Positions 1 to 13,207 of a stretch of 64,000 nt of DNA are shown one piece after another. Origin of the DNA: Amoeboaphelidium protococcarum X5. Lineage: Eukaryota > Fungi > Aphelidiomycota. Every line of letters begins with the position of its first letter. Positions within the stretch are counted from its first letter, which is position 1. The translations under genes were made by a program, and so were the position numbers. Below the pieces are notes generated by a model that worked only from the letters and a program-made list of their open reading frames with translations, made no database searches and had not been told where the DNA came from. Where the stretch lies: assembly GCA_023515725.1 (NCBI GenBank), contig JALDTO010000266.1, forward strand, positions 1,403,580 through 1,467,579, read 5' to 3'.

Positions 1-330
1 AACGGTCCAAAAGGAGCCCGAAAATGCGCTGATGTGATAACTTTTTCTAAATTGCGCCCAATCACTTGCTAATTTAGAAGAATATTGCACTAGGTGTATT
101 CTGCAGTCAGCTGTATATTTACAGCACGCGATCAACGGGAACTGCAAATCATCAGTCATTCTGTTTCACAAAAGCTGTAGCCGCTTAGACTTCTCCTCCT
201 TCAAAGAAGTTGAAACAATCGGCCAGTCGTTCGTTCGTTCGTTCTTATATCTCTTCCCCAATTGTTGTGGTTAATTAGTCATCAACTTTATATAAATACA
301 CTATTTTAAGCATTTAATTACCAAACGACA

Positions 331-2364
331 ATGACCTTGATTAAGTATCATATCAATGTGCCTTCCGTAGATCCATCTCGTCAGTTGTATCCTGTCAATT
401 CTGCTGGTTAACCTTTATACAAGTCTCTGCTGAACACCAAGTTCTTTGGCGAGTCTCAAGAGGATGCTGGCTTGTAGCAATAACAACGTTTCTTGATAGA
501 GTCTCAAACCGGTTTGTAGGTGGAGGGAAATAACCCAGTTTATGTGGCTCAGACTGTGAATCTAATCTAAATGTCCAAGATGTTTGAGCAGTTGTCTCAT
601 CTGTCCAAAGTGTCTGCCACGTTATTCGAGTCAACAAAGCAGCACTTGGACAAGATCCAGTAGAGATTGGACAGTTCTGCTCAGAGAGTTGAAGCGCTGA
701 AGAAGGTGATTCCGCTCGTTTAGGAGAAGATGAGCTCCCAGCTGCTTACAGATGGGCTTGGTAATGAGAGAACTGATTACAAGAACCCATTTACACCTGA
801 TCAGCAATTGTTCGCTGCCGGCCCCAATGATAAGAATGGATCTCATCTACCATTGGCTATCAGAGACATTTACCGGAATAAGTGTATGGCTCCACCAATG
901 TTGTAGATGCTGGATCAGTTCAGGGAGGATGGATCGAGTAGTATGAAGCATTACTCTTATCCTCAGTTCTTTATCGAGCAATGGAGATTGTTGATGGAGA
1001 AGGAGGCTGCTAAGGAAGAGTCTACTTTAGTCACTACCGGAGCAGGTAAGAAGAAAAAGAAGAAGGTGAAGAAGGATGGAGAGTCAAAGAAGAGTAAAGC
1101 TGTCAAAGCTGCTGATGTTCAGGTGAAAAGATATAATAAGGCTGGAGAGCTGATCGTTGATTAAATTGGGTCTCCGTAGCCTGTTGAGACAATGCCACAG
1201 TAGTAAGACTTGTCTTAATCAGCTTCACAATAATAGTATGTTGCCCAGCAATAGTTTTAAACCTCCAGTGTTCCATACCAAGATTTTGCTCCTCCTGCTA
1301 TAAGTGTTGCCAATTATAACACTTAGAGCATTCCAAATGACATCATGCCTTAGTCGCCTCCGTCTGCCATGGCTCCACCTCCGCCTCCACCATTTTAGAG
1401 TGCGCCTGGTATGAGCTCTGGTATCCCTGCTCCGCCGCCTTTGAATGTTTCTGTAGGATTTCCTTCGATTCCCGTGGCCTCACCGCCTGTAGGTAACATG
1501 CCAATGCCGCCAATGCCACCCGGAACTCCATTAAGTGCATTCGGAATGCCTCTAAGTGCTCCGCCGCTCAATTCTCCTGTGTCCATGCCATCAATGCCAT
1601 CTGGTATTCCTCCTTTGAACATTGCTGCTAACGTTCCGCCTCCAATGGTTGGAAATGTGCCACCAATGTTTAACATCGGCAATATGGGTAATCTGCCACC
1701 ACCTCCTATGATGAATATGATTGGTAAAATGCCGCCTTAGATGGGTAGTATCGGTGTGCCGCCAATGCCATTGGGCCTGCCTCCGCCGAATCTAATTGGT
1801 TAACCATCATCAATACCGTAAATGCCTTTTCCAATGATGTCACCAATGTCTGGATTTCCGGGCGTTCCTCCTGTGGGCAATATACCAGCACCGCCAGTAT
1901 TAGGACAAATAGCAAAATCACCTGCAGGCTTTGATTCGCCTATGCCACCCGCCGGACCACCACCTGCTCCCATGGCGAATGTACCTGCAGCACCTGCTTT
2001 CAATTCTCCAGCTGCACCTCCTCCGCCTCCACCACCGATGGCCATGGAATCACCGGTGTCTGCCAACGATGGTAAATTAGCCTCAGACTTGTTGAGTCAG
2101 CGATCCGGTCTAAAATCTGCTGCATAGAGGCAGATGCCAGAGCCAGTAAAGAAGGATTCGCGTAATGAAATGTTGGATGGTATCCGTGGTGGTGGAGTCA
2201 ATTTGAGAAAGGTTACTATACAGACAAAGTCCGCCGCTGAGGCAAAGAAGAGTGTTAGTGGTGGCAATGACGTTGCGTCTATTTTGGCGCGAAGAGTTGC
2301 ATTGGAAGCGAGTGAGAGCGAAGGTGAATCTGATGATGAAGAGAATGATGACGACTGGGAATGA
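331..2364 (+). CDS. WASF/SCAR: WAVE/SCAR family Arp2/3 activator (~677 aa)
   Basis: Single frame from ATG331 to TGA with TAR=Gln. N-terminal WHD (LSKVSATLFES..., YSYPQFFIEQWRLLM), basic KKKKKK tract, long polyproline region, WH2 (RNEMLDGIRGGGVNLRKV), C motif (NDVASILARRVALE) and acidic end DDDWE. Confidence 0.93.
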
Positions 2365-2500
2365 TACTGATGTTGATGTTTATGATTTGTGTCTGGTTTG
2401 AAATTGAATAAACAATATCTTTTTGATAATTTTATTCTTTATATTGACAGAAATTTGAAGATAAACCAAAAGATCAATATTTAAATTAAGCAATCTTATT

Positions 2501-2813
2501 TCAATACATTTACTGAGGCTACATTTACTACATAGCCGCAGGATTCATCATTTAATTCTCTAAAAGCTAAGGATCTATCTGCTGATGGGAGGATTGATGT
2601 GAGCTTCTATGTCTACCGTGTGAGCCCATTGATTTCTATTGCAAATAATGACCACCATGTGCGCCACCTTGATATTACTACTCTAGCATTGCTTATTCGC
2701 TCATCAATTCGTGTGGATTTTACTGATAATTTTCCGCGCGTTGATTCTATTATATGGATCTAGCCATCGGGGAATGTTGATTCCACTATTGCCCATATTA
2801 GTCTTGAGTTGGA

Positions 2814-2846
<33 letters not shown>

Positions 2847-3544
2847 TGATGCTGCATATACGCAAAGTCTTGCGCTGACATCTATTATCCTGAACCAGTC
2901 ATTTGAGTATACGGAAAGCCATCAATACCTTGCTGAGGATACTGAGCTAAAGGTATATGCATACCCCGTGATTAGATATCTCCTCCAGCCGACATAGCTT
3001 CGCGTTATAACTACTCTTATTATTACTGTTAGTGCAAACTCTACTGCTACTATAATAGCTATTGTTATTAAAGCTGCTATTGCTACTGAGGTGTCAGAGA
3101 CTGCGCGGTAACACTTCCCTTAGGATTGTGATGATTTTTTTACTGTTCCGCTGGATTAGAGGCTCTTGCCTGAGTTTATGCAGCAGCCTGAGGTGCTTTG
3201 CCATCCTACAAGAGAGTCTCAGGAGCAGGAGGTGTAGCAGGTGGTGAAGGAGTTGCAGGAGCAGGTGTTGGAACATAAACCACAATCTTATTTTCATTCT
3301 TATTGACTATTGGAGCAGGCGGAGGTGGTGGTGGAGGTGGAGGAGGAGGAGGAGGGGGCGGTGGAGGCGGAGGACCAACAAATAAATTCTTGAAAAAGTC
3401 AATAAATCCCCTTTTATATATTTGTACCTCTTACTGTTGACTATTACTGGGCTATAATCGCGACTATTAAATAGATGCCGAGTGGACTAATATCAAAGAC
3501 ACTGATAAGATCCAAATCGCTCTCCAAAGTAAAACCATCCGCAT
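2501..3544 (-). CDS. Secreted Pro/Gln-rich low-complexity protein (347 aa)
   Basis: Open under code 6 with no in-frame TGA. Begins MRMVLLWRAIWILSVSLILVHSA (signal-like), then a KR dibasic site, a poly-Pro run and poly-Gln runs built of TAA/TAG/CAA. Confidence 0.7.
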
Positions 3545-4555
3545 TTAAATCTATTTTATCTATATAAGTATATAATTCAATCTATGTCTTCCAAGCCTAT
3601 AATAATTCACCGTGATTACAAGGAAGAGCACAAGACAATGAACATCAATTGTGAAACATCTTCCGATCGAATCTTGACGCGAAACGCAAAAACGTGATTT
3701 TGAGAATCGTGACTGCTCGACGGTCATTGGATCAGAGGTTTCACGTTGCACTCAAATGCAACTGTGACATTGGGTAAATGATCATCCTTGCCAGCTGTGC
3801 ATAATGATTAGGAAAAAATGCTACGGATACTACAGAGTATGTAACAATGTACCAAGTTCAAGCTTTGGGGTCTATACAAAAGTATCTCTATAAAAGTGAC
3901 TAACAAAGATCGGCAGCTCTCTCGCTCTCTTGCATTAATCACTCGCTAAGACATTTATAGTCGAGTAACGATAACGATTCTATATCAATTTTTATGTAGA
4001 CGAGAAAAGTTGGCAATTATTACATTAGTCTAGCCAGCAACGTTCACAATCTCAAACTTGAAACTCATTACCAAACTTGACCCATTTGACGCTCATAAAA
4101 TAGATATAATCATAATTTTAAAGTAACGTGCATAACCAGTGAGCCCATCTTCAGTAAACCAAATTACTACTTTATTGGCTCTAAAGAAAACACATAATTA
4201 TACAGACCGTAATGAGTAATTCGTAACAATGATCATTACTAAATAATGCATAAAGCTTATCGGAAAATTCCAAATCAAGATCTGAAACAAACGCCACAAA
4301 GAACGTCCGATTAAATGCAGTGCAGTGAGCCGAGACGATGTGTGGCGTTCAAGAGATGAAGCGCGTCGATTCGTGAAAAGTTTCCGCGTTCCCATTTTCG
4401 ATCTTTGGTCTTTCTTCTTATTTGGTGCCGACGGGAAGCCGTATTGTTTATTGTCAAGTTTTAACTTTTTCTGTCAAGTTATAAACTCGGCTACTTCATC
4501 TTACATCTATACTCATACATTTAAGTTGTTAGCTTGTAAGTGTGGACGTGTTGAG

Positions 4556-7549
4556 ATGCTACGTTTGCAGTCTGTAAGTAGGCGTTCTTTTAGTGGAAAT
4601 TCGAAAAGATGCATGTCGTCATTTGCACCTCTGGACACATTTCCAAGACGTCACTTGGGTTCTAATGACTAGCAAGTTGACTCAATGCTGAAAGTGTGTG
4701 GTGTGTCATCTCTGGATGAACTTATCAAGTAGACTGTGCCGTCGAGTATTCTATTCAACAAAGATCTCAACTTGAATGAACCTCTTACGGAGAAGGAGTT
4801 GGTTAATCGTCTCAAGGAAATTGCCAGTAAGAATCAGGAGCTGAAATCGTATATTGGTATGGGTTACTATAACACTATTGTGCCGCCTGTTATTTAACGC
4901 AACATTTTGGAGAATCCTCAGTGGTACACGCAGTACACTCCGTATTAGCCAGAGATTGCGCAAGGAAGATTGGAGTCTCTGTTGAACTTTTAGACTATGG
5001 TGACAGATCTTACCGGTATGGACATTGCTAATGCTAGTTTGCTTGATGAAGGTACTGCTGCTGCTGAAGCTATGACCATGTGCTTTGCCGCGTCCAAGCG
5101 ACTTCGTAAGGTGTTCTTTGTGGACAAGGATATTCACCCTTAGACTATTGCCTGTGTAAAGACTAGAGCTGATGGTTTCGGTATTAATGTCATTGTTGGT
5201 GATTTGGCTCACTTTGATTTTGAAGCCAATAAGGATCATCTGAGTGGTATTATGATTCAGTATCCAACTACCGACGGCCGTGTGCTGAATGGTGAAAATT
5301 ACATCAAGAAGGCTCATGACGTTGGTGCTTAAGTTTGTTGTGCCACTGATCTGATGGCTCTGACTCTGCTCAAGGCTCCAGGTGAGTTTGGATGCGATAT
5401 TGCTTTCGGTAATAGCTAGCGCTTTGGTGTGCCTTTGGGCTTTGGTGGTCCACATGCTGCTTTCTTTGCTTGTAAAGATGAGCATAAACGTCGCTTGCCT
5501 GGCCGTCTTGTCGGTGTATCGAAAGATGCGTCTGGTAAGAAGGCTTATAGATTGGCTCTGTAGACCAGAGAGCAGCATATTCGTCGTGAGAAGGCCACCT
5601 CTAATATCTGTACCGCCTAAGCTCTGCTGGCTAACATGAGTGCTATGTACGCGGTTTATCATGGTCCAGAGGGTTTGAGGAACATTGCTCGCAGAATTCA
5701 CTCCATGACTGCTGTATTTGCTGAGAGTATTAAGCGTCTCGGTCATCATGTAAAGACGGAAACGTTCTTTGATACTGTCACTGTAGAGTTGGGCCACAGT
5801 GCAGACGACTTAATCAGATACGCTGAGAGCAAAGGTGTCAATCTACGTCATGTCGATTTGAAAACTGTGGCCGTGTCCTTTGATGAGACTGTGACTGAGC
5901 AGGATTTGAAGAATTTGATCATGATCTTTGCAAAGAAGCCCACTCTAGTTGATGGTCAGTACGTACAGAGTCATGTAGGCGAGTCGGGTATTCCAGATAT
6001 TGCTCAGGTGGCCAAGGATCTGGACGTTGCTAATAAGCTGGTTGGTATTCCAGATGAATTTGTGCGTTAGTCTAAATTCATGCAGCATCCAGTCTTCAAT
6101 TCTTACCACTCTGAAACTGAGATGCTCCGCTATATCACAAGATTGCATAACAAGGACTTGTCTCTTGCTAATGCTATGATACCTCTAGGATCTTGTACAA
6201 TGAAGTTGAATGCAACCACGGAGATGTTGGCTGTGACTTGGCCAGAGTTCTCTAATATCCATCCTTTCGTACCTCCATCTTAAAGTGAAGGTTATCGTAC
6301 TCTGTTGTAAGAGTTGTCGTATGCTCTGGCAGAGATCACTGGATTTGACTCCGTTAGTTTGCAACCAAACTCTGGTGCCCAAGGTGAATTGGCTGGCCTG
6401 CGTGCTATTAAAGCTTATTTGGAGTCTATCGGTGATAAGCATCGTAAAATATGTCTGATCCCAGTCTCAGCTCATGGTACTAATCCTGCTAGTGCCGGAA
6501 TGGCCGGAATGGACGTTGTGGTTGTGAAGTGTGACGCTAATGGTAGTCTTGATATGGTTGATCTGAAGGAGAAGTTGACGAAGCATAAGGACAATCTGGC
6601 AGCCATGATGATTACATATCCATCAACTTATGGTGTTTTTGATGAAGGAGTGGAAGAGATTTGCGATATGGTTCATTAGCATGGCGGACAAGTGTATCTT
6701 GATGGTGCCAATTTGAACGCGCAGGTAGGAGTGTGTCGTCCTGCGGATTATGGAGCTGACGTGTGTCATCTCAATTTGCACAAGACTTTTGTTATCCCTC
6801 ACGGTGGCGGAGGTCCTGGTCAGGCGCCTATTGCAGTCAAACAACACTTGACTCCGTTCCTACCTGATCATCCTATTGTGAAGACTGGCGGTGATTTGTC
6901 ATTTGGATCTATCTCTGCGGCTCCATTCGGATCTGCTAGTATCTTATCGATTTCATGGGCGTACATTTAGATGATGGGACCTAAAGGGCTGAAGCTGGCA
7001 ACGTAGCATGCAATTCTGAATGCTAATTATATGGCTATGCGTTTATCTGAGCACTACAAGATTCTGTTTTTGAACAAGAATGGTATGTGTGCCCATGAAT
7101 TTATTGTTGACATTAGACCATTTGCAAAGTATGGCATTGAGGCTATTGATGTGGCTAAGCGTTTGTAAGATTATGGCTTTCATTCGCCGACAATGTCTTG
7201 GCCTGTCGCAAATACGATCATGATTGAGCCTACAGAATCCGAGTCCAAGTCTGAGTTGGATAGATTTTGTGATGCCATGATTTCTATCAGGCAGGAGATT
7301 TAGGAAGTTGCTGATGGCAAGTAGCCAAAGGACAACAATATTTTGACTAATGCTCCGCATCCATTGGAGATTTTGCTGAAGGATGACTGGACTCGTCCAT
7401 ATTCTCGTGAACGTGCTGCATATCCACTTGATTGGACTCGTGTCAGGCAGCGGGGTAAGTTTTGGCCAACCGTTGAGCGTCTAGACGATGCATATGGTGA
7501 CCGTAATTTAATCTGCTCGTGTCCGCCTCTTGAAGATTATGAAGACTGA
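4556..7549 (+). CDS. GCV2/GLDC: Glycine dehydrogenase (decarboxylating), glycine cleavage P protein, mitochondrial
   Basis: Mitochondrial-presequence-like start [13 protein letters not shown]; motifs [54 protein letters not shown] (PLP Lys) and [12 protein letters not shown]. Intronless, 997 aa. Confidence 0.97.
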
Positions 7550-7674
7550 AAGCATTAATTTTTTTCTCTTGTGAAAAATATAATATTGCTCGTCAGTTGC
7601 GTGTTTACTTAAGTGTTGGTATATATTACCACGAAAAGTATAAGTATATCTAAACTAGACAGTTGGAGAATTGC

Positions 7675-8879
7675 ACTATTCATTCATTCAAATTTTTCAT
7701 GTATCAAAAAATCATAGAAAGCATATCAGACAGTAACCAGTTCAGAACATCCTCTGCTGCTGGGCACTTCTTATGCCTTGAGATGATGATGATCCACCAC
7801 CACCCTGCTTCATGTGGAATAGAGAACGGTGGTCCTTGATAAAGTGGTCCAACTTTTCTGGCTCTTCACCAATCTTCTTCTTGGTGTCATCACTAACAAA
7901 GTTCAACTTTCCCTTATTCACCAAGTCGAATTCATCCAAAAGCTCACGTGTCAAAGTTTCTCTCAGACCCAACTGCTCTTGAAAGTAGCGCTGAATATGC
8001 TGTGGATCAACCTTCTAATACTGCAACTGCAAACCAACATTCTTATTCAGCACATCAACTAGCTGGCGAGGAGTTATGATGGTTGGACCAGACAGGCGAT
8101 ACATCTCCACATTGCCACTCTTAACCTTACGGCTCTCTTCACCCAGCACATCGTTGCAGATAAACTTGATCACATCGTGCATATTGATCATGGTGAACTT
8201 GGCATCTTCATTCAGCGGCCATTCCAGCTTGCTGCGCTCCATCATCATAAGACGGTGCAGGAACAGGGATTGCTGCAGACACACCAGACGGACAATACAG
8301 GCATCCTGGAAGCCGAACTCGCGCAGACACTTTTCCAAATTGCAGTAATTCTACGCAGTCTTGTTGTCTTGACCATCAATACCAGCTCGACTGATCAGCA
8401 TGACGCGTTGTGCCTGAGACTGGTGGGCAGCTTTCAGAATTAATTTGGTCTAGTCCACCATCTTGCCAGTTGCCCAGTCAGGTACTACGATCAGAGTATC
8501 GACACCGTCCAAATGCTTTCTCAACTATCCTTCATCTGGCTAGTCACCCATCTCAATCACACACGCACCTTTAGACCACAGCAGGCCACTACGCTCAGGA
8601 TGACGGACTGTGCACCATAACTCACTGATCTAGCCTCTAAACTTTTCATTGTCCAGCAGCTCGCACACCACGCCACAGCCCACAGCAGTATCAGCATTCG
8701 CCACAAAGACTCTTCTCATATTGCTCATTGCACGATTGGTTGTATATTCCAAATACTTTGATCAAGTAAAAGCAATAGAAGAGAAGGAGAATCAATGAGG
8801 ATAAGCAAAGTCTATCATATTGATGCCATCAATGATATGATGCCAAACCAGTTAGTTCCAAGTGGACAAATCAGGCAAT
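7675..8879. repeat. Left arm of ~1.2 kb inverted duplication (partner ~17250-18460)
   Basis: The reverse complement matches 17250-18460 almost base for base over the CDS and ~150 bp upstream; the 3' flank is partially similar. Confidence 0.93.
7742..8728 (-). CDS. NmrA-like / atypical SDR Rossmann-fold protein, copy 1 (328 aa)
   Basis: MSNMRRVFVANADTAVGCGVV...TVRHPE...LDGVDTLIVVP...YRLSGPTIITPRQLVDVL, a typical NmrA-like layout. Near-identical to the copy at 17398. Confidence 0.7.
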
Positions 8880-8998
8880 AAATTGATAATTCTAAAAGCG
8901 CCAAAAATTCTCTGATAAGACTTCATGATAACCAATATTTAAATTTATTTAGATTGCATCAGAAAGTCTACTCATTCAACTCTCATCACAGTTCACAT

Positions 8999-10315
8999 TC
9001 ATAGCAGAGACCGGTCGAACGCAATCAAAACGTATAGTTGCATGCGAAGTAGGCTCATCTTGGCATTAAATTCATTAATGAAATACGATCTTTATGATTC
9101 CAAAAGAGGATCTTGACCATTAAAAGTATACAAGTGCTTGTTCAGCTTTTTATCTCGTCGTGTCGCAATGTAATTTCTAACACCGTTCAGCTTCCACAAA
9201 CGAGGCAAAGATTCAGGTTAAAAACTCTACATATGAACGCGCAAAACCTTACTATAAGCCTCAAGATCCTTTCTGGATTAAGCTGCTGTCAGCACTTGTC
9301 CAATAATCAATGTTTTGTAACTGAACATCCGACGATTCCGCCTTGATCCAAACCACTGACTAGCCTAATCTGAAAAGTATTTTTGTACAGTAGCAAGGCC
9401 GCCACACTTGAGCACATCAACCAAGTCTTAGAAGGCAAACATCAGACAATTATGATCATCATACTATCGCCGCGCATTCAACACCAATAATTAATACCCA
9501 TTTTAGAATAAAGACTACATCACCAGTGGAATATGGGGCAACTAGTCCAATAGATATAAAGAATCACTGAGAAGAGCAATTTTCCTCTTGGTGTCAATGA
9601 CTAGTAAACTGTAATGAGTGGTGCCTGTATGTATAAAAAAGGCACGAGTCTTATAACCACTCTCAAGATGTTCACTATCATGGGATACTATTTCAGCCAA
9701 GTTGACACGCCAAAATTACAGAGTTTCCACAAAGATACTATCAACCTACTCCAGTATACGATTCTTGCGGGCGAAAGCTTTGTAGAATAACTAAAGATCC
9801 ATATCAGAGTATTTACTTAGATGAGGACTTTAGAATATTGATGTATCCCTATCAGTGAGAGCTTTTTGTGTACTCAGGTACACTTACTTTTGAACCCCGA
9901 CGCGAAAATTCGGATTAATAAGAGAGGCACGTAGAAGGCAAATAAAGATCTCCGATAGATCAAGCCCGTCCACATCAAAGGACGATCTCTTTACCTAAAG
10001 GTACTCTTCAACGCTCACAAGACATCTTTTTAAACCATCTGAAGATTTACGCTTCCCATTCTCATGCTCCTCCACCAATTATTAAGCAAAATGCACATAA
10101 TCTTTACTATACGCGAATTAGTGCAGCTCTTTTCGAAGCTGAGCACTGTAGAGTCTTTCAGACCGAGCAGAGTTCAAAGGCTTTCCTAACCATTTGATCA
10201 TCTATTAAGGATAAGAGGTGCGTAAGGCAACATCAGAGGAGCCAGCAACATCTGACAGCAGAATGACCACTACAAGCAACAAACGCGCGCACCAGTTCAA
10301 ATTAACCATTATCAT
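8999..10315 (-). CDS. Secreted CE-clan (Ulp1/SENP/YopJ-like) cysteine protease-like protein (438 aa)
   Basis: Absent from the ORF track; open under code 6. Signal-like MIMVNLNWCARLLLVVVILLSDVAG; catalytic-like motifs FFIHTGTTHYSLLVIDTKRKIALLSDSL and RQYDDHNCLMF. Confidence 0.7.
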
Positions 10316-10739
10316 GAATATAATAGCGTGAAATATAATTTCTGAACAAGCAGAGCATGAAATAAAATAATTTGTGGAAATTTAAATGAGAAAATTGGTC
10401 ATGACATGCGTTCATCCAAGCGTGATATTTAGTCGCGTGTTGATGGCACCTCGCATGACATCCCTCCGCCATGACTCGAGACAGGAGATTGTCCTCATGG
10501 TGATCGAACTTTGAATCTTATGCACTTTAAAATATTCTTCCCATACTCTTTACTTGAGAGCTGGTTCATAATTAGATCTTTAGTACTGAGTAGAGAGAGA
10601 GAGATCCCGTCGTCATGGATTCTCAATAATTGTGCTGATTGATGCTGGCTGCCTCCAATTCTAGAATAGATTTACCTTGTAAATATTTCATATACAACAA
10701 AACTTTTCTTACTACAAATAAGTCTATTATTTCATAAAA

Positions 10740-13046
10740 ATGGGATTGAAAAAAATAGTGAAGCAAAAGCTGTCTAGCAAGAAGTCGTTATCCAAGCCTG
10801 ATGCCAAAGAGATGGAAGTGGTTGAAGCCTAGCTGTTCTCTGGCATTCAAGTTGAATCTAGCAAGACTAAAGAGCCAACTAGTCCAGACTCTTCCGCTTC
10901 TGAAACATCTAATCAATCGGCTATCACTTAATCTACAGCCTCAAGTAGTAGTAGTAATGGTAGTGGCACCTCAGAGAAAAGTGTTATGGAAAAAGATGGT
11001 GGGGCGGTTGCTTTAAATAGAATTCCAAGTGGGTTTGCATCAATGTCTGGATCTTCTGATGGATCTTCAGTGTCATCGCCGTCTAGTGCTTCAGATAATG
11101 ATTCGCGTGGCAAATCGTCCAAACGATTGGCAAAGTCCAATAACAAAACACCTACTCCAGTAGTGATTAAAGATTAGAATATGTCCAGTGCATCTACTTA
11201 ATCATCGCCATCCGATGGTAGTGATATATCGTCGTCCTCCGCTGCCTCAGATGCACAATCTAGCTAAAAAGACACAGGAACTAAATCAAAAGCTTATCAA
11301 ATAAAATCTCCATTGTCAGAGGTTTCATCGTCGAAGAGTTAAGCAGATTCTTCGAGCAGCAATCAGAGCAGCGCTGTGTCCCATGCTAATGAAGAAGATG
11401 ATGAAAACGAGTCGCTGCATAGCAAGATTGAGAAACTCAAGGTGAAAGGGTCTAGCGATTATACAGCGAGTGCATCAGAGGCATCCCAGGTTACGGTTGC
11501 AGATGATGATTAAGAATGGTCTCCTGTTAAAAGTAAGCGTACTCTGAAGGCAGAGAGACGATCTCAAAGGTCTCAGCAGTCTTCCGTCGCGTCCTCTCCA
11601 GTCACATCTAGTGTAAGTAGCAAAGGTATCAAGTCAAATGGAAAAGATACGAAAGCTAGGTAAACAAGTTCTTCAACCAAGAGAGTGGTCCAAGCATCGT
11701 CGAATCTGCCTTCAGGAAGCAGCGATGGAAGTAGTGGCAGTAGTAATCAAAGCAGTCGCAGCTCAGAGATCAGCAAGTAGAGCCGAAGAGTGGAAAGTAA
11801 AGTCACTGCATCTTCAGTAGATAGTCCTTTTAGCTCGTCATCTGGCTCACAAAGTCAGTCATCTGATAGTGAGATATCAAAGGCCAGAGCTAATGCGAAA
11901 TCAAAGAATCAAACCGCAGGAAATGGTATCTCTCCTCAGACCAGGTAGAATAAGAATAACAGAATAGAGTAGTGGCGCTAGACTTTAACAACGGAAGAGT
12001 TTGGAGCGGCGGCTGTGTCTGGTATGGTAGCCGATTCCGAAGATTAACCTCTCATGAATATGTACAGCTCTAGTAAACCTAAAGTCGTCTAAAGTCCTAT
12101 TATGGGTGCGAACTACTAGCAGAGTGGAGCTGCTTAACCACCCATGATGCCTCCCGCTATGAACAACTACACTCAGGCTTAGAATTAACAGTTTTAGCAA
12201 ATGTAAGCAGGCCCATACGCTCTCCCTTAGTATGCTTAATAGTTGGGCGCATACGGAAATGGTGGAGGCCAATTTGGTCCTGGGGCTGCCGCGTTCTCTA
12301 GACACTCTGGCTCATCGCCCTCAGTCGGATCCGCATTTGATGATCTGACGCCGTTTGATTCCATTAGTAACGGACCTGATCGCCGTGGTGGGTATCCACC
12401 AATGTAATAATAAGGTCCTGTAATGCCGCAAAATATGATGAATACATAATAGTTCGCGTTGTAGTAACAGTAAATGATGGCTTAGTATGCTATGGGTGCT
12501 GGAAACCAGTTTATGGTCAATCGTAATGTTTAGAACATGTAGGCCCAGCATCTTCCTTACAATTATGGAAACCAGCAGCTGCTTCAGGCTTAGATGATGT
12601 AATAGTAGCAAATGCAGTATGGAATGGCTTAAAGGCCGGCTATGATGCTGAATCCATAATTTCAGTAGTAGGTAGCGATGCGGCCGCCTCAGCGATAACA
12701 GTCTGGACCGATAAGGCCCGCTTGGTTGGATGATGAGGAACCAGCTATTGGTGGATAGAATACTTTGATGGAGCAGGTGAAGAAGGGCCGAGCGTAACCA
12801 TAAACGAGTGGAAAGAATCTGGTAGCATAGATCAAGTATGATAAAAATACTGGCCAAGTTCCCACCCTTTAAAAGAGTACACCTGCACAACTCGGTCAAT
12901 AGTATCTCCAATAACAATAGTACATGATGATGCTCTCTCAGTAATAGCAGTAGTAGCAGCCAGGATATCCTTAAAATCTACAGATGCCTCAGTACTAGAC
13001 CAACTTTGATGATGATGAACCATTGAGCAATTTGAAGCCTCGTTGA
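10740..13046 (+). CDS. Uncharacterised Ser-rich then Gln/Met/Pro-rich disordered protein (~768 aa)
   Basis: ATG10740 (MGLKKIVKQKLSSKK) to TGA13044 in one frame under code 6 (middle only spot-checked); includes ORF-track fragment 10986-11177; C-terminal DDEEPAIG and DDDEPLSNL motifs. Confidence 0.7.
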
Positions 13047-13207
13047 TTTTTGATTAGAGTAATAAAGTTACCGTCAGCTATAATGTACAGTGCCTATATT
13101 CCTCTTGCTATGATACGCTTTAAAGTAGGAGAACGTAGTAGTAAAAATTCAATCAATATGACAAGCAACTATATTTATTCAAATCAAATCAACCTCAAAA
13201 TATTTAT

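Noticed and set aside
4751-5797. 348-aa minus-strand ORF (and similar long antisense ORFs at 15130-15966, 19014-19649, 36542-37765)
   Set aside because: Antisense shadows of conserved, codon-biased genes (GLDC, chitinase, actinin, ATP2) with no recognisable protein features.
4556-7549. Functional link between glycine decarboxylase and the GPR158-like receptors (GPR158 senses glycine)
   Set aside because: About 47 kb apart, and the receptors carry PstS rather than Cache domains; coincidence.
8999-10315. Possible TnpB/Fanzor or transposon between the inverted arms
   Set aside because: Translation shows a signal peptide and CE-protease-like motifs, with no RuvC or zinc-finger motifs; the arms are gene copies, not TIRs.
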